A DNA stretch of 64,000 bases from Salpingoeca rosetta (lineage: Eukaryota > Protista > Choanoflagellata). The notes beneath the pieces are model-generated. The model made no database searches, had not been told where the DNA came from, and saw only the letters and a list, made by a program, of their open reading frames with translations. Location: NCBI GenBank assembly GCA_033442325.1, contig JAWQFM010000009.1:203512-267511 (forward strand), in the 5' to 3' direction. Position numbers and translations under genes: made by a program. Each line of letters opens with the position of its first letter. Within the stretch, counting starts at the first letter, position 1. This document shows positions 1 through 37,004 of this stretch, one piece after another.

Positions 1-7048
<7,048 letters not shown>

Positions 7049-7336
7049 CGCTTTCGTTGTGTCGTTTGGTTGGCAACCAATGCGGAAAAGTGTTGGAAAT
7101 CATTCAGCAATCGCCAATTCTTGCCTCGTTCTTGGCAACTCCAATCAACCCACAACCACACAAACACACACTGCAGCCACACAACACGACGCGTCTCTTG
7201 TTGAGAGAAGCAAACCAACGACCGCCCAAGTGAGACTGTGTGAGACAGGAAACATCGCTGTGATCGCGAAGGAAGTGCGGTTTAGAGAGCAAGGCACGGC
7301 CGGCCCTCATTCGCAGCAACAGCCACACAAGCAGCG
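7049..7336. promoter_or_regulatory. Bidirectional promoter of ADGB/CFAP47 with two RFX (X-box) type half-sites
   Basis: 288 bp between divergent ATGs. TGGCAAC (GTTGCCA on minus) at 7071-7077, within the 14-mer GTTTGGTTGGCAAC at 7064-7077, and again at 7133-7139. Confidence 0.6.
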
Positions 7337-20353
<13,017 letters not shown>

Positions 20354-20356
20354 TGT

Positions 20357-20408
<52 letters not shown>

Positions 20409-20971
20409 TTTTTGTTTTTTTTTTTTGTGTGTGTGTGTGTGTGTGGTGTGTGTGTCTGCCCTCCTCTCTCTCTGTTTGTGTATGTGTGCTGTAGAGCTCA
20501 TAGGATGGATGAATGCGTGTCAACAACATTATCCGGCCCCATGTACACACAAGTTCAGTTTTTGTTTTGATTGCACCTGTTGTTTCGCACCAGGCAAACA
20601 AATGAGCAACAACCAAAGGAAAACGAAACAGAGAAACCATGAAGACGCACAGAACGCACTGGTTGACAAGAGGGGTCAACACCGACCCACTCAAACGCGC
20701 TCATCCAACACACGGCTCAGAAGAGCACAGACAAGACTAGAGCACCCAAAAAGGGCTGGGGATAAGAAGAAAGCAACAAACGCATGCAAACAAACAAACA
20801 CACACACACACACACAAACACGTGCACATGCACAAATGACAAACAAGCGGGCTTGAGAGAGGTTGACAAAAAGAAGGAGAAATGAGAGAGACATGCGTGA
20901 TTTCAAATGGACAAGAAAGGAGGGGTGGGCAACGGGATTGCTTTGACGGATGGACGCGCCAGACATTGGCC

Positions 20972-22153
20972 TCAGATGCCGACCTTGAGCTCCAAGTCCT
21001 TGAGGCGGCGCTCATACTCGAGCTTCAGCTTCGAGCGATCCAGCCGCTGCACAACACATGCGCACGTAGGGAAGTGTTGCGTGAATCAAAGAGGGGGGGG
21101 GACAAACGAGTTTGATCAAGCATGGCCAACCCCATACACACACACCACACGCATACACACACCACACGCATACACACACACACATTCACACACACCACAC
21201 GCATACACACACACACACGAACAGGCAATACACACACAAACACGTGCACACCACCACGTACCTCCTGGTCAAGTTCCTCCACCAGATGGTCCAACTTCTT
21301 CTTCAGGAACTGCACCGTCTTGGACAACGTGTCCACCGTTGCCTTGAGGTCAGCGACCTCTTGGCTCTGGTTGCCGCTCGCCGTGTCCGGCTTTGCTGGC
21401 TCGGGCGCAGATTCCTGCTTCTGGGCTGCTGGCGCGGGTGCGGGTGGTGCTGGCTTCTCCTCCTCCTCAGGCTTCTTCTTCTGTGTTGCCGTTGTGTAAC
21501 AGTGAGTGGGAGTGGGATGTGCGTGTGATGCATTACAAGGGTCATTCATGTGAGCAGACAGGTCAAGTGTGTGTGTGTGTGTGTGAGTGAGTGAGTGAGT
21601 GTGTGTGTGTGTGTGTGTGTGTGAGCGCACAGGCGCACTCCCTCTTCCTTCCTCACACACATTACTAGCACAGAAACAAAACATCCACCCACCATCTGGC
21701 TGGCCCATGGAGGCTGCTCGTTTGTGTCTATGAGCAACAAAAAACGCGCAAGCACACACGCACACGCGCGTGGAGAACAATCAGTGCAAGAGTGAGTTGA
21801 ACCGAACAGCGGCAAAAGTGAAGTATCACACTAAACAGCGTGTGAATATCGCACACCAATTAGCCACACAACAACCAAACAAACCCCTCGCAACACAAAG
21901 CGTGCCTGTCTTTGTCGGCGCTGGCGGTGCTGGTGCGGGCGTGGGTTTAGCCGTCTTCGGCTTGAGCGATGGAGGTGGCTTCGCCTTCTTGGGGGGAGCT
22001 GAAATGATTGGATGGGGAAGGAGGGAAGGGCAGGCCAACCATCAGCAATGATGAGGTGATACAAGGATGCGGCAGCACGCAAATGCAATAATACGTGATT
22101 GCGCAACCCTAAATCGTCCTCCTCTTAACGTTATCATCTTCTCCTCCCCCACT

Positions 22154-22222
<69 letters not shown>

Positions 22223-23889
22223 GCGCGCCACTCCCATCACACTACTCTCACGCACCAACCTGGCTTAGGCACGGCTGGGGGCGCCGGCTTGTCCTCGTGT
22301 GCGGGTGTGGGTGCGGGTGCGGCTGGCTTTGGTGCTGGGGGCTTGGCAGGAGCAGGGGCTGCGTTGGGCCGCCTGAGAGAATGCGTGCGTGTGCGCGGGG
22401 CAGGAGCAGAGACGCTGGCGGAGCGGGAATCAGGACCTGGGGGCTTGAGAGCAACGCGGGGTGTGTTCTGCCAGCATCGAGGACACGCATCCAGGAAGAG
22501 AGGGGGATGTGAGGAATGGTGTGCACATGCACACACATACACATACACATACACAAATACATATACATACATATACGTATTTACACACACACACACATTT
22601 GCACACACATTTACACACACATTTGCATAGCACACAGCGAAGCCACGATGATCAACAGGGCGACTGACCTTATCTGCTGAAGGTGCTCTGTGCAGTTGGG
22701 GGGGGGGGCAAGAACGAGGCAGAGGGGTGACACGGGTGGGTGGGTAAATTTGTGAACCATCGCACATTTGCGTGCACACATACATGCACAAGTACGCACG
22801 CGCACGCACACACGCACGCACGCACACGCACAAACACACGCTCACACACACGCTCACTTACGGGCACATCTCGACAAAGTTGTCTGGGAACCATCCAGTC
22901 TTGCCGTTGAGCTCGCCCTGCCACCAGCCCTCATCCTCGTTCTTCTTGACGACGCGAATCACATCGCCAGGCGTCATCGCGAGCTCATCGTCCTGCTGCG
23001 GCTCATACTCAAACAGAACCTGCAATGTACACACACGCACAGGCGCAAAGCATGCAGGGAAGCGTGTTGGCAGTCAACCAACGCAAACACAGCAAACTGA
23101 TGTCTGCAGCAAGCAACCAAACAAACTAAGCCAGCAAGAAAAACAAGCAAGCAAAAATACAACGCGTGGCCCTGCATTGAGAGTTGCACCTTGCAATAGA
23201 GAGCGTCGTCCTTTGGAGCAGCAGGGGCCGGCGCGGCAGCCTGTGGTGCCGGTGGCCTCGCCTGATATGGTAGGAGAGCAGAGTCAAGAGCGGATGCGAA
23301 AGTTGTTTGGGGAAGGGGATGACGATGGTGGTGGTGAGATGGCGCACAGCGAGGAACTGATGTGTTAAAACGGCATCAGTCATCGCAGCGATCACAGCAA
23401 CAAAAAAGCAAAAGGAAGAGGGAATAAGTCCAACTATCTGGTTGGACTACGACAACAAGCAAGACGTTAAGGAGCTCACTCACTGTCTTCTTGAGCTGCA
23501 CGTGAGGGGCGGTGGCCGGGGCAGGAGCCGCCTCCTTCTTCTTCTTCTCTGGATTCATACCTGGTGATACGTCCCAACAGCCACAGCCACAAGCACGACA
23601 CGCACAAGAAGCACCAAGCACCGTCGCAGGAGGGAGTCAGACGAAGGGAGGGTAGGAAAGGACATTGAGCACAGGTGGTACAGTTGGTGAGCTGGCTCGT
23701 TTGCTTGAACCAAAACAGAGCCACCACGTCGATGGGCAAGGCAGCCACAACAATGATGCAGCATCAGCAACAGCAGCAGCACCTGTCTTGCGGAGTTTGA
23801 TTTCGCCGCCAGCAAAGATGTTACCAAGACCAATGCCATGCACCTTCTTCGCCGCAATCAGCTGCGATTGCTGTACACGTGCGCAGTGC

Positions 23890-23957
<68 letters not shown>

Positions 23958-25664
23958 GGCACGATGTGTGGGTAGCTCGAAGTGTGGGTAGCTCGAAGTG
24001 CACACGCTTGCGTGCATGCGTGCAAGAAACAACAGCACAAAAGCTAGAATCAGGAAGAACACGCGCGCGCACATGCACACACACACACACGCACACACAC
24101 ACATACACGCACGCACACGCAGCAGCACCATACCCTGCGTGGCTCCTCCTCCTCTTCCTCTGCAGATTGGGGCGCGTCTGCTGTTGGCGCTGACGCAGAG
24201 CCGGCAGCGATGCGCTCAACAAAGTTGCTCGGGAACATGCCAACCTTGCCTGCGAGGGTTTCAAGAGAAGGGGATGGTTTTGGGGAGAATGAATGGGATT
24301 TGCAGTGAGAAAGCGGGCAGAGAATGGCTCACAAGCACAGCAGCTGTGGCCACCCCCACCAACACGTTGTAGCGACCACAGGGACGAACAGAAGGCCTGA
24401 CAGATAGAGCGGGAAGAGAGGAGACGCACACACACATAGGCACACACACATAGGCACACACACACACACACAGTCATCCACACATGCACACGCACACATG
24501 CATACACCCACATGCATGCATACACACCGTTGAGCTCGCCCTTCCACCAGTCTGGATCGTTGTCGTCGACAATGACGACAATGTCGCCCTCCTTGATGTG
24601 CAGCTCGTCATCTTGCTCCGGCACGTGCTCAAACATGCACTTGGCCTTGGGCTGGTGCACCATGGCATAGAATGACAGTGGGACAAACACGTGAGCGGGG
24701 TACAACTGTGAGAGCAGGAAGGACATAAAACGCACAGACGCGACAACGGCCCAACCCTGTACACCACAACCACGCATGACACAAGCGTCGTCCACACAAA
24801 CATCGTCCACACAAACACACACACACACGCACACACGTACACACACACCCTGGTGTCTGCTGGTTTGGGAGGGGCGGGCTTTGGGGGAGCGGGCTTTGGT
24901 GGTGGTGGCTTGGCGGGGGCAGCGGCCTTGGCCTCGCACTTTTCAACAAAGTTGTCTGCGTCACAAAAACATGGAGACAAGGATCAGAGAAGAATACCTC
25001 AACACACGCACACACTCTCTCTCTCCACTTATCTCCCTCTTTCGATAACACACACACACACACATGCACGTGCACGCACACGCAGGCAAATACACACGCG
25101 CACCTGGGAAAACACCGACACGGCCGTTGAGCTTTCCCTTGCACCATCCCTCGGCCTCTGGGTCAGCTTGGGCGTCCGTGATGATGTCTGTTCACAGAAG
25201 AAATGTACCCACGAAAACACAGAGGGTGAGAAGGCAAGTCTGGCTCCCCTCACGGATGATGATGTTGAGGACGCCCAAGCACTGCAACAAACAAACAGAA
25301 AGTCAACGACACGGTTGCAGGCTGGCGAGCAGTGTCATTGTGCACACGAACCGCCGACGCGCAGAGTCAGCTCATCCTCTGCTTCAGCATCGTAGTCAAA
25401 GATGGCCTTGAAGGTTGCTGGGCAGTGCGATGAGCAGCGATGTATGCGGTGTTGTCATTGGTGAGCATTTCAGTGCAACAGGACACAGCGAGCAGTGAGC
25501 TTGTCTGGGTCTGCTTTGTAAAACTTTGGTATTTTCACACCACATGCACGTACACGATGTACAATGCAGTGTTGCGCTGACTTACACACACTGGCTCACA
25601 CACACTGGCTCACACACACACACACACACACACACACAACACATCGACATGCTCGCTCACCCAT
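20972..25664 (-). CDS. SH3KBP1: CIN85/CD2AP family adaptor: three SH3 domains, proline-rich region, C-terminal coiled coil
   Basis: SH3-1 [23 protein letters not shown]...[21 protein letters not shown]3-2 [15 protein letters not shown]...DWWKGELNG...MFPSNFV. SH3-3 [13 protein letters not shown]...[19 protein letters not shown]. Family linker [12 protein letters not shown]...IKLRK. Coiled coil [12 protein letters not shown]...[13 protein letters not shown]. Co-ortholog of SH3KBP1 and CD2AP. Confidence 0.85.
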
Positions 25665-25764
25665 TGCTGTGGTGTGTTGTCTTCTTGTTCTGCTGAGCCA
25701 GCTTGTCTCGGGTCTGGACAATTTGCAATGACACCATCCAAAATTCCAACCACAAAGACTGCTC

Positions 25765-25803
<39 letters not shown>

Positions 25804-26056
25804 TGTGCGTGTGTGTGTGTGTGGCTGTGTGTGTGTCTGTGCGTGTGTGTGTGTCTGTGTGTGCCTGTCTGTGTGTGTGTGTCTGTTGTGTGGCTGTCTG
25901 TGTGTGAGTGTGAGTGTGGAGGGAACAGTGTTTCGTCATGATGCTGATGCCAAGTTTCCATCCCCAGGCTTCATCGTCTCATTCATTTGCTTCTTCACTG
26001 CGGCGAAACCGAAAGGAACAAACGCAAAGACAAGCATGTGTCAACCACACGCTCAT

Positions 26057-27343
26057 TCACGACACAACATCTGCACTGACAGTCCCGGCTGCACCATCGA
26101 GAGACACGTGCACGGTCACAGATTCGCCGCAGTTGACGCTGCGCCGCTTGTCATCCAGCAAGAACACCCCCTGTTTGAACGGCGTATATGCTCCGTCACC
26201 ACTGTACTCGTCTTCAAACTCCTGTTGGGTCGAAGAGCAAGGTGAAGCGGAACAGAGGAGGGGTGTGCAATAAGCGATGTGCGATAAGCGATGTGCGATG
26301 GAGCTAGTGCAGGGGAGTTGTGTCGCAAGCGATGCACGCGCACGTGCAAACTCATGACAACGAAATGACGCACAACACACACACACACACGCACACACAC
26401 ACGCACACACACTTGTGCACTTGTGCACTTGTGTTCACCCACAACCACAACCACAACCACAACCACAAACACACACGCACACACACTTGTGCACTTGTGC
26501 ACTTGTGTTCATCCACAACCACAACCACAACCACAAACACACACGCACACACACGCGCACACACACGGCATCACGAACCTGATCCGAGAGGTAGGTGCGC
26601 ATGAAGACGAGGACAGCATGGCAGGTGCCGGTCGTAGTCATCGTGAGCACCACATCCTCGCTCTGGGCTGCGGCAATGCCGCCATCGCCAGCACTGGCCG
26701 CTGCAAAGTCGATGGTCAGCACCTCCGCGGGGCGGCACAGCAGGCGGTGCTCGTATTCCCACATGCTTTGCACCGACGCAAATGTCCCTGGTACGCGCAC
26801 TGCTGCGTCGAAAGCAGACATGTCAACCCCGCATGCCTGGCACGATGACAAGGTACGGAACCAGAATCGGCGAGTGAGCACAGAATGCAATGATGGCATA
26901 CCGGTGAGCACATGTGGCGGACGAGACGTCATTGAATGTGGGCGGCGAAGAGGCGCGAACACGAAACAAGATCAATCGACACAGTCGCAACAACAAACAC
27001 ACGACAATATTGCTTGCAGGACGCAGAACGTCACGCCACAAAGCTGCAAGCAAACACTGACATCCCCAAGCATGCACGCATGCACGCACACATGACCGGA
27101 GCGCACTGACCTGCTTGACGGGATCGCGGATGGTGTGCAGATGCGTGCACTCGACAAGAGCGCAGCAAACGACAGCGTGGTGTGGGAACACAACAGCGGT
27201 GGCGGAGAGGCGGTGGCGGTGGCGGGCGATGGCCCGCGCAAAGCGAATGGCCCTGGACGATCGTCAGTGCACCGCAGACATGATGGCAGGTGGGTTAAGA
27301 TGGATGAGTAACACACTCAGAAACACCTTTACCGTGGTGAACC

Positions 27344-27440
<97 letters not shown>

Positions 27441-28166
27441 GCAGTGAGTGACTTACGCCTGCCATGGCTCTGTGGTGTCGAGAAAGTAGGGTTCACCGAC
27501 TACCAGATCCACGACATCAGCCGTATCGCGTTCGCCCATGCTGTCTTCATCGACGACGACGCTCAACCTGCGAGCGCGAATGCCGATGCGTGTCTTGGGT
27601 CGTGAGAGCATGCAGACAGAAACCACGATATCAGAGACACAAGCACATGGGGAATTCATTGTCCCACATCTGCACGCACACACACACACGCACACACGCA
27701 CACACACGCACAAGCACACGCACACACACGCACACACACGCACAAGCACGCACATACACACACACAGCCACGTACCGAGCGCTGGCGCGAGTGGCGAATG
27801 CCTCCATGATTGGAGCAAGCCGACGATGCTCCACAACGGTTGTGTGTGCACGTGGGAACAACTGACATGCAGAAATGGCTGCCACGTTGACACTTCCAAA
27901 CCTGAGCCATGACGAGGGGGGGGGCGAGAGTGCACCCGGCGTGAGCAGCTGTGCTTGTGTATGAGTAGTGACTTGTGAGTGACATGTATATACGTGTGCC
28001 AGCGGTTAGGAGGCGCAAGTCAACTCAAGCACGGTGTTAGGGTTAGCACCTCACCCAAGAATGGAGCGAATGTCCCTTCCATGCGTGCTGGCCGCTAATG
28101 CGTCGTGATAGTGCCTGCAAACGATAGCCGCAAATGAAGCATGATGATTGAATACGTCATGTGTGT

Positions 28167-28197
<31 letters not shown>

Positions 28198-30952
28198 GAG
28201 AGAGAGAGAAAGAAAGAGAAAAAGAACGCCTGCAACTAACGCAAGTGCCACGCACACAGCACTTCGTGCACAAGCGTACTGCGTTCGGCGGGTGTCGTTG
28301 AGGAGAGCGATGCGGTCGCGAGGGAGGAGGGGACTGCAGACGTGCACGTGTGTTGGGCGAAGGGGCGGTGCTGTGGCAGCCAAGGCGGCACTGAAGTCAA
28401 CAGCAAAGTCGTCGTGATGCAGGCCAACGTAGACTGGAACTGTCTTTGGCTCCGCATCTTCGTTCTGCGCCGTTTGGAGCGGTTGGCGGAGGACGTACAC
28501 CATTGGTAGCCAGTGCTCTCTCCACACGTGCGACTGCTGCTGCTGCTGCTGTTGTTGTTGTGGTTGTTGGTGTTGAGTGTGTTGGTGGTGGGGTTGCGCA
28601 CGCTGTAGCCAGGATGGCTGTGTATCGATTACAATGTCATCCGCGAGCGTCATTGTCCACCACATGACGAGTCCATCCACTCGACTCCCTGATGCAACAG
28701 CCTGGACATGTGGATATGCATGTATGCGTGACCAAGAAGTGCAGCTCGTGCCTAGCACCATCACACATGACAAATGCACACCCGCACACTTGCACACACA
28801 CGCACGCACGCACGCACGCATGCACAATTGCACGCACACACACACGCACACACGCACGCACGCACAATTGCACACACGCACACACGCACGCACACGCACG
28901 CACACGCACGCACACGCACGCACACGCGCACACACAAACAAGTACCGCTGTGGTGATTTCTGTGTGCACGCCATCTTCTGGAGGAATGGACCTGCAGTCC
29001 ACGAAAAACACACAGGTAAGCTGACAGTGCACGTTCGTGTGTGGCAGTGCGACAATTTCTCTGCGCTGTGGCCGAGTCCACGCGTCTCCCTCGTGCGCGT
29101 CTCCGCTGTATCACATCCACCCACTGTTCCTTGACGGCCATCACCCGAGCAAGCTCACGTTAAATCGAGGGTGCATGCCGTCGTGGGGTCCGACAGGCGG
29201 GTGAGGGAGGAAAGGAGGCGATCCACGTGGACCTCATGTTTCGTCGAAGCATCGACACGTGATATCATCTGGTACAAACAGCAACACACGACCGAAGCGA
29301 CAAAGAAGAGTTAATGGGCAGCATGGACAGCACACGTCGCATGTGTATGAGCATGTGTGTGTGCGTGTATTCATGTGCATGCACGCATATGTGTGTGTGT
29401 GATGCTTGTAGCTTAGGCTCACCTCTTCATCAAAGATGGGAAGACCATCCACGCTACACGAATCGAGGTCAACCCAGCTGCGAAGCAGGTCGCTTTGAAT
29501 GAGCTGGAAATGGATATTCGCCGCACATGGGATGCACGTGCATGTGTCTAATCCCAATCTCGCCTTCACAGTCATTTGTGTGTGTGTGTGAATGTGTGTG
29601 TGTGTGTGAATGTGTGTGAGTGTGTGTGTGAATGTGTGTGAGTGTGTGTGTGTGTGTGAATGTGTGTGAATGTGTGTGTGAATGTGTGTGAATGTGTGTG
29701 AATGTGTGTGTGTGTGAATGTGTGTGTGTGTGTGAAAAGATGAAGCCATAGCGTGCCCAACATTGATGACAGAGTGAGCACAGGTCAAGTTCATGTAAAA
29801 GCGCGTCACAGAAGATGCACAACGCACACACATACACACACACACAACGTACACATGACTTGATGACTGACCACGGCATCTCGGATGGATGGAAGGATGC
29901 CCTCGCCCAAAAGTTCACTATCGACAATCTCGCTGACGATGAGGCCTACACGCTGCTGGTTCAGGTCCTTCTCCAGGGACAGCTCCGTCGACTCTTTGGG
30001 CACGAGCGCGATTGTGGCTTCGAGGTTGTTGGTGCGAATGGTTTCAGCTGCGATACGTGCCATCGGCCTGTACACCTATCAGGGAGCAACGTGCAACATG
30101 ACTTGGCAGACCAAGCGCCGAGGTGCAAGGACAAAGAGAGACAGATAGACAGATGGACAGATAGAGACGCACGCACACGCACACGCACACGCACACGCAC
30201 ACGCACACGCACACGCACACGCACACGCACACGCACACGCACACGCACACGCACAAACGCATTACAGACACACACACACACACATACGCATATACAGACA
30301 CAGACACACACACACAGATACACACAGACACCCACGCACGCACACGCACATATGTACACACACCGCACATACAAAACGCACCTCACAGGCGGTGACGGTT
30401 GTTGCACCGTGACGAGCCGCCAGCATCGCCAACAAGCCCGTGCCTGTACCAATGTCCAGCACGCGCTGGCCGGGTGCCAGTCGCCTCAGTGCTTCCGCAT
30501 ACTTGTCGTTCTGGGGGTGCAATGGTCGTTCACGGTGCCACGTGTGCGCAAGTCGGCGACGTGCGTGGAATGGGAGATGGTTGCGCCGCGTGTGTGTGAG
30601 AGCAGCCAAGACGCAAGCACAGCTGGTGGTGACAGTGGCAGTGGCAGTGGCAGTGGTGGTCAACTCGCTGAGTTGCATTGACACTCGTGTGATGATCAGC
30701 GTGGCTGTGTGGTCTTATTTGTACGAAAGGGATTGGCCACAGAGACAAGGTGCGCAATGAAAACAGAACAGAAGCGGGCAACAGACAAGCAACAGAGAAG
30801 CAACAACAGGTCATTCATACGCGATCATGGTCTGCTAGCATGGACGTGTCGGCCGTCCACGCACTCAACAACACATCCTCCTCCTCCTCTTCGACAACAT
30901 CAAGACAAGGCACATTGCCTGCGGCATCATCAGCATCGTCCGAGTGCTGCAT
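26057..30952 (-). CDS. PRMT7: Protein arginine N-methyltransferase 7 (tandem methyltransferase domains), multi-exon
   Basis: SMLADHDR|NDKY, VLDIGTGTGLLAMLAA, double-E loop SEIVDSELLGEG, WREHW (PRMT7 WRDHW) and second-module GEPYF...PW. The start at 30952 (MQHSDD) is inferred. Confidence 0.85.
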
Positions 30953-30993
30953 GTTGTTTGTTGCGCGTTGTGCGAAAACGTGTTTCGCGAGAT

Positions 30994-35027
<4,034 letters not shown>

Positions 35028-35417
35028 GGCGTCTCGATCGGTGGTCGGTCGTTGGTCGGTCGGTGGCCTGGCAGCACGTCAAGCACAGCAACAAACGAGC
35101 GAGAGGTCTGCTGGTCTGATGATGTTTCGTGGAACTTCGTGGGGGGAGGGGGAGGAAGCTCTGAAGCTTGCAGGCAACCAAAACCACAAACAACAATAAG
35201 GCAAAATGGGAGGGTGGGTGGGGCGTCGCTGTAAAAGACCATCGAATTCAAGCCCCGCAATTCTTTCTTTTTTTTATTATTCTTTTGACATCATTGCTGA
35301 GTCAGCGTGGCCTTTTATTTTTGGCTCATCGTCGACACAGCAATGCAGCGGACTGCTGAGTCCACTGTCGGGGTGAGATGCAAGAAGTGAAGCAAGCAAG
35401 CGAGCGACCGCATTTTA

Positions 35418-35564
35418 CACCAAGCACCAAGCACCAAGCACCAAGCACCAAGCACCAAGCACCAAGCACCAAGCACCAAGCACCAAGCACCAAGCACCAA
35501 GCACCAAGCACCAAGCACCAAGCACCAAGCACCAAGCACCAAGCACCAAGCACCAAGCACCAAG
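35418..35564 (+). repeat. Perfect heptamer tandem array (CACCAAG)x21
   Basis: Read directly. 147 bp, ending 57 bp upstream of the ATG at 35622. Confidence 0.95.
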
Positions 35565-35621
35565 CCACTGGCAAAGACCCAAGAGCAACACACAAAACAT
35601 AACAACACAAAGGCACGCACC

Positions 35622-37004
35622 ATGTCCAGCGTTGGTGAGACGGCCAAGGCCATCAACGACGCGTGCCACCGCAGCGGTGGCGTGTATGCGCAGTACTCGT
35701 GCAAGTACGTGTCCTGGGACGACGCGTGCCGCGGTACCGTCGGCGGCGGCCTCAGCTGCTGGGGCGCAAACATCACAGACACCTACCTCAAAGGCCGCGA
35801 CGGCAGGAGCTTCTTCACCGTGCGATCGGACAACTGGAACGAGAAGCTCGGCTGCATCTCCTCAGACAAGATCGCCGTCGTGGTTGGCAACCACGTCGCT
35901 GGCGGCGACGCCGAGCTCAAGCCCATCACCCTGCGCTCCCTGCTCAAGAACCTGGGCTCCTACGGCGCATACTGCAAGGTCCCGGAAGGCACGGACCTGA
36001 GCAACGACGAGCTGGACCAGAAGGTCTCCATCCGCTTCCAGACCACCTTCCTGCCCGTGCCGGAGTCCGACGCCAAGCGCGACAAGGTCGAGTTTTGCAC
36101 CGAGGCGTACAACTACAACACCCGCTCTGACGACGACCCGCGCAACCTGCTCGTCCTCGGCACGACGCAGGGCATCGCCATCCAGCAGGACGGCCGTGGC
36201 GCAAAGAAGCTCATGCACCACGCCGTGGACCCTGCCGGCGTGGCCCACAAGTACTGGCTGGAGGCCGAGCGCTCGGACCACGCCGTGGGCGGCCCACAGA
36301 AGGAGACGCAGGAGGAGAAGGAGGACGCCGTTGCACGCGGCAAGGCCACCGCCGCCGTCATCGGCATCCCCGCCATGGGCACGCGCTTCAACGCGCTCCT
36401 CACGGTGCAGGTCCCGCTCAAGCAGCGGCAGCTTCCCCGCCGCGCCATGCTTGGCTGCGCCATGGCCGAGAGCGCCATGCTCTGCTGCGCCACGAACGCC
36501 GTGGACAGCTTTGCAATGATGGCACCACCTGGCGCCGCCTTGTTCAAGAAGAAGGCAAAGAAGAGCGCAGCCATGGACCTCTACTCTGGTGGCCGTGGCC
36601 GTGGCGGCAGGCGGGCGCGCGGGTGCGCGCGGGCCGAGCCCAAGCTGGGCGTGGCCAACGCAGCCCGGGTCAGCCGCGGCACTGAGGCTGGTGTGTACCA
36701 AGGCCTGGCCACCAAACGGCTTGAGCGGGACACGAGCCAGCACGTGACAGTGACCGTGGTCATGTACAACACGGTTGCGGGCGGGGTGCCCAAGGTGGAG
36801 GATGTTCGGGCGGCGATTGACGACATGGAGGCGCTCTACAAGGCGTGCCACTGGACAGGACGGCTTGCGGATCAAGGCGCTGATTTCATGAAGGCCGAAC
36901 TGACGGTCAAGGACGCCATGGACATTCAACACAAGGTCACCCACCAGCCGTACACCGCCACCTCCCAACCGGTTGCAAACTTTGACCAGTTTCCAACAGA
37001 CTGA
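35622..37004 (+). CDS. Intronless 460-aa protein of unknown function
   Basis: Long uninterrupted ORF with strong C/G third-position bias, CACCATG start context, no microsatellite content, and globular-looking motifs (VSWDD..R...SCWGANITD; AYNYN; QVPLKQ). Confidence 0.85.
   Translation: MSSVGETAKAINDACHRSGGVYAQYSCKYVSWDDACRGTVGGGLSCWGANITDTYLKGRDGRSFFTVRSDNWNEKLGCISSDKIAVVVGNHVAGGDAELKPITLRSLLKNLGSYGAYCKVPEGTDLSNDELDQKVSIRFQTTFLPVPESDAKRDKVEFCTEAYNYNTRSDDDPRNLLVLGTTQGIAIQQDGRGAKKLMHHAVDPAGVAHKYWLEAERSDHAVGGPQKETQEEKEDAVARGKATAAVIGIPAMGTRFNALLTVQVPLKQRQLPRRAMLGCAMAESAMLCCATNAVDSFAMMAPPGAALFKKKAKKSAAMDLYSGGRGRGGRRARGCARAEPKLGVANAARVSRGTEAGVYQGLATKRLERDTSQHVTVTVVMYNTVAGGVPKVEDVRAAIDDMEALYKACHWTGRLADQGADFMKAELTVKDAMDIQHKVTHQPYTATSQPVANFDQFPTD

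Noticed and set aside
26411-26552. About 74-bp tandem duplication in a PRMT7 intron
   Set aside because: Simple slippage in low-complexity intron sequence, with no sign of function.
35418-35564. Heptamer array as CRISPR, telomere or coding repeat (LVLGAWC)n
   Set aside because: No spacers or cas genes, not a TTAGGG-type unit, and the ORFs are repeat artefacts.
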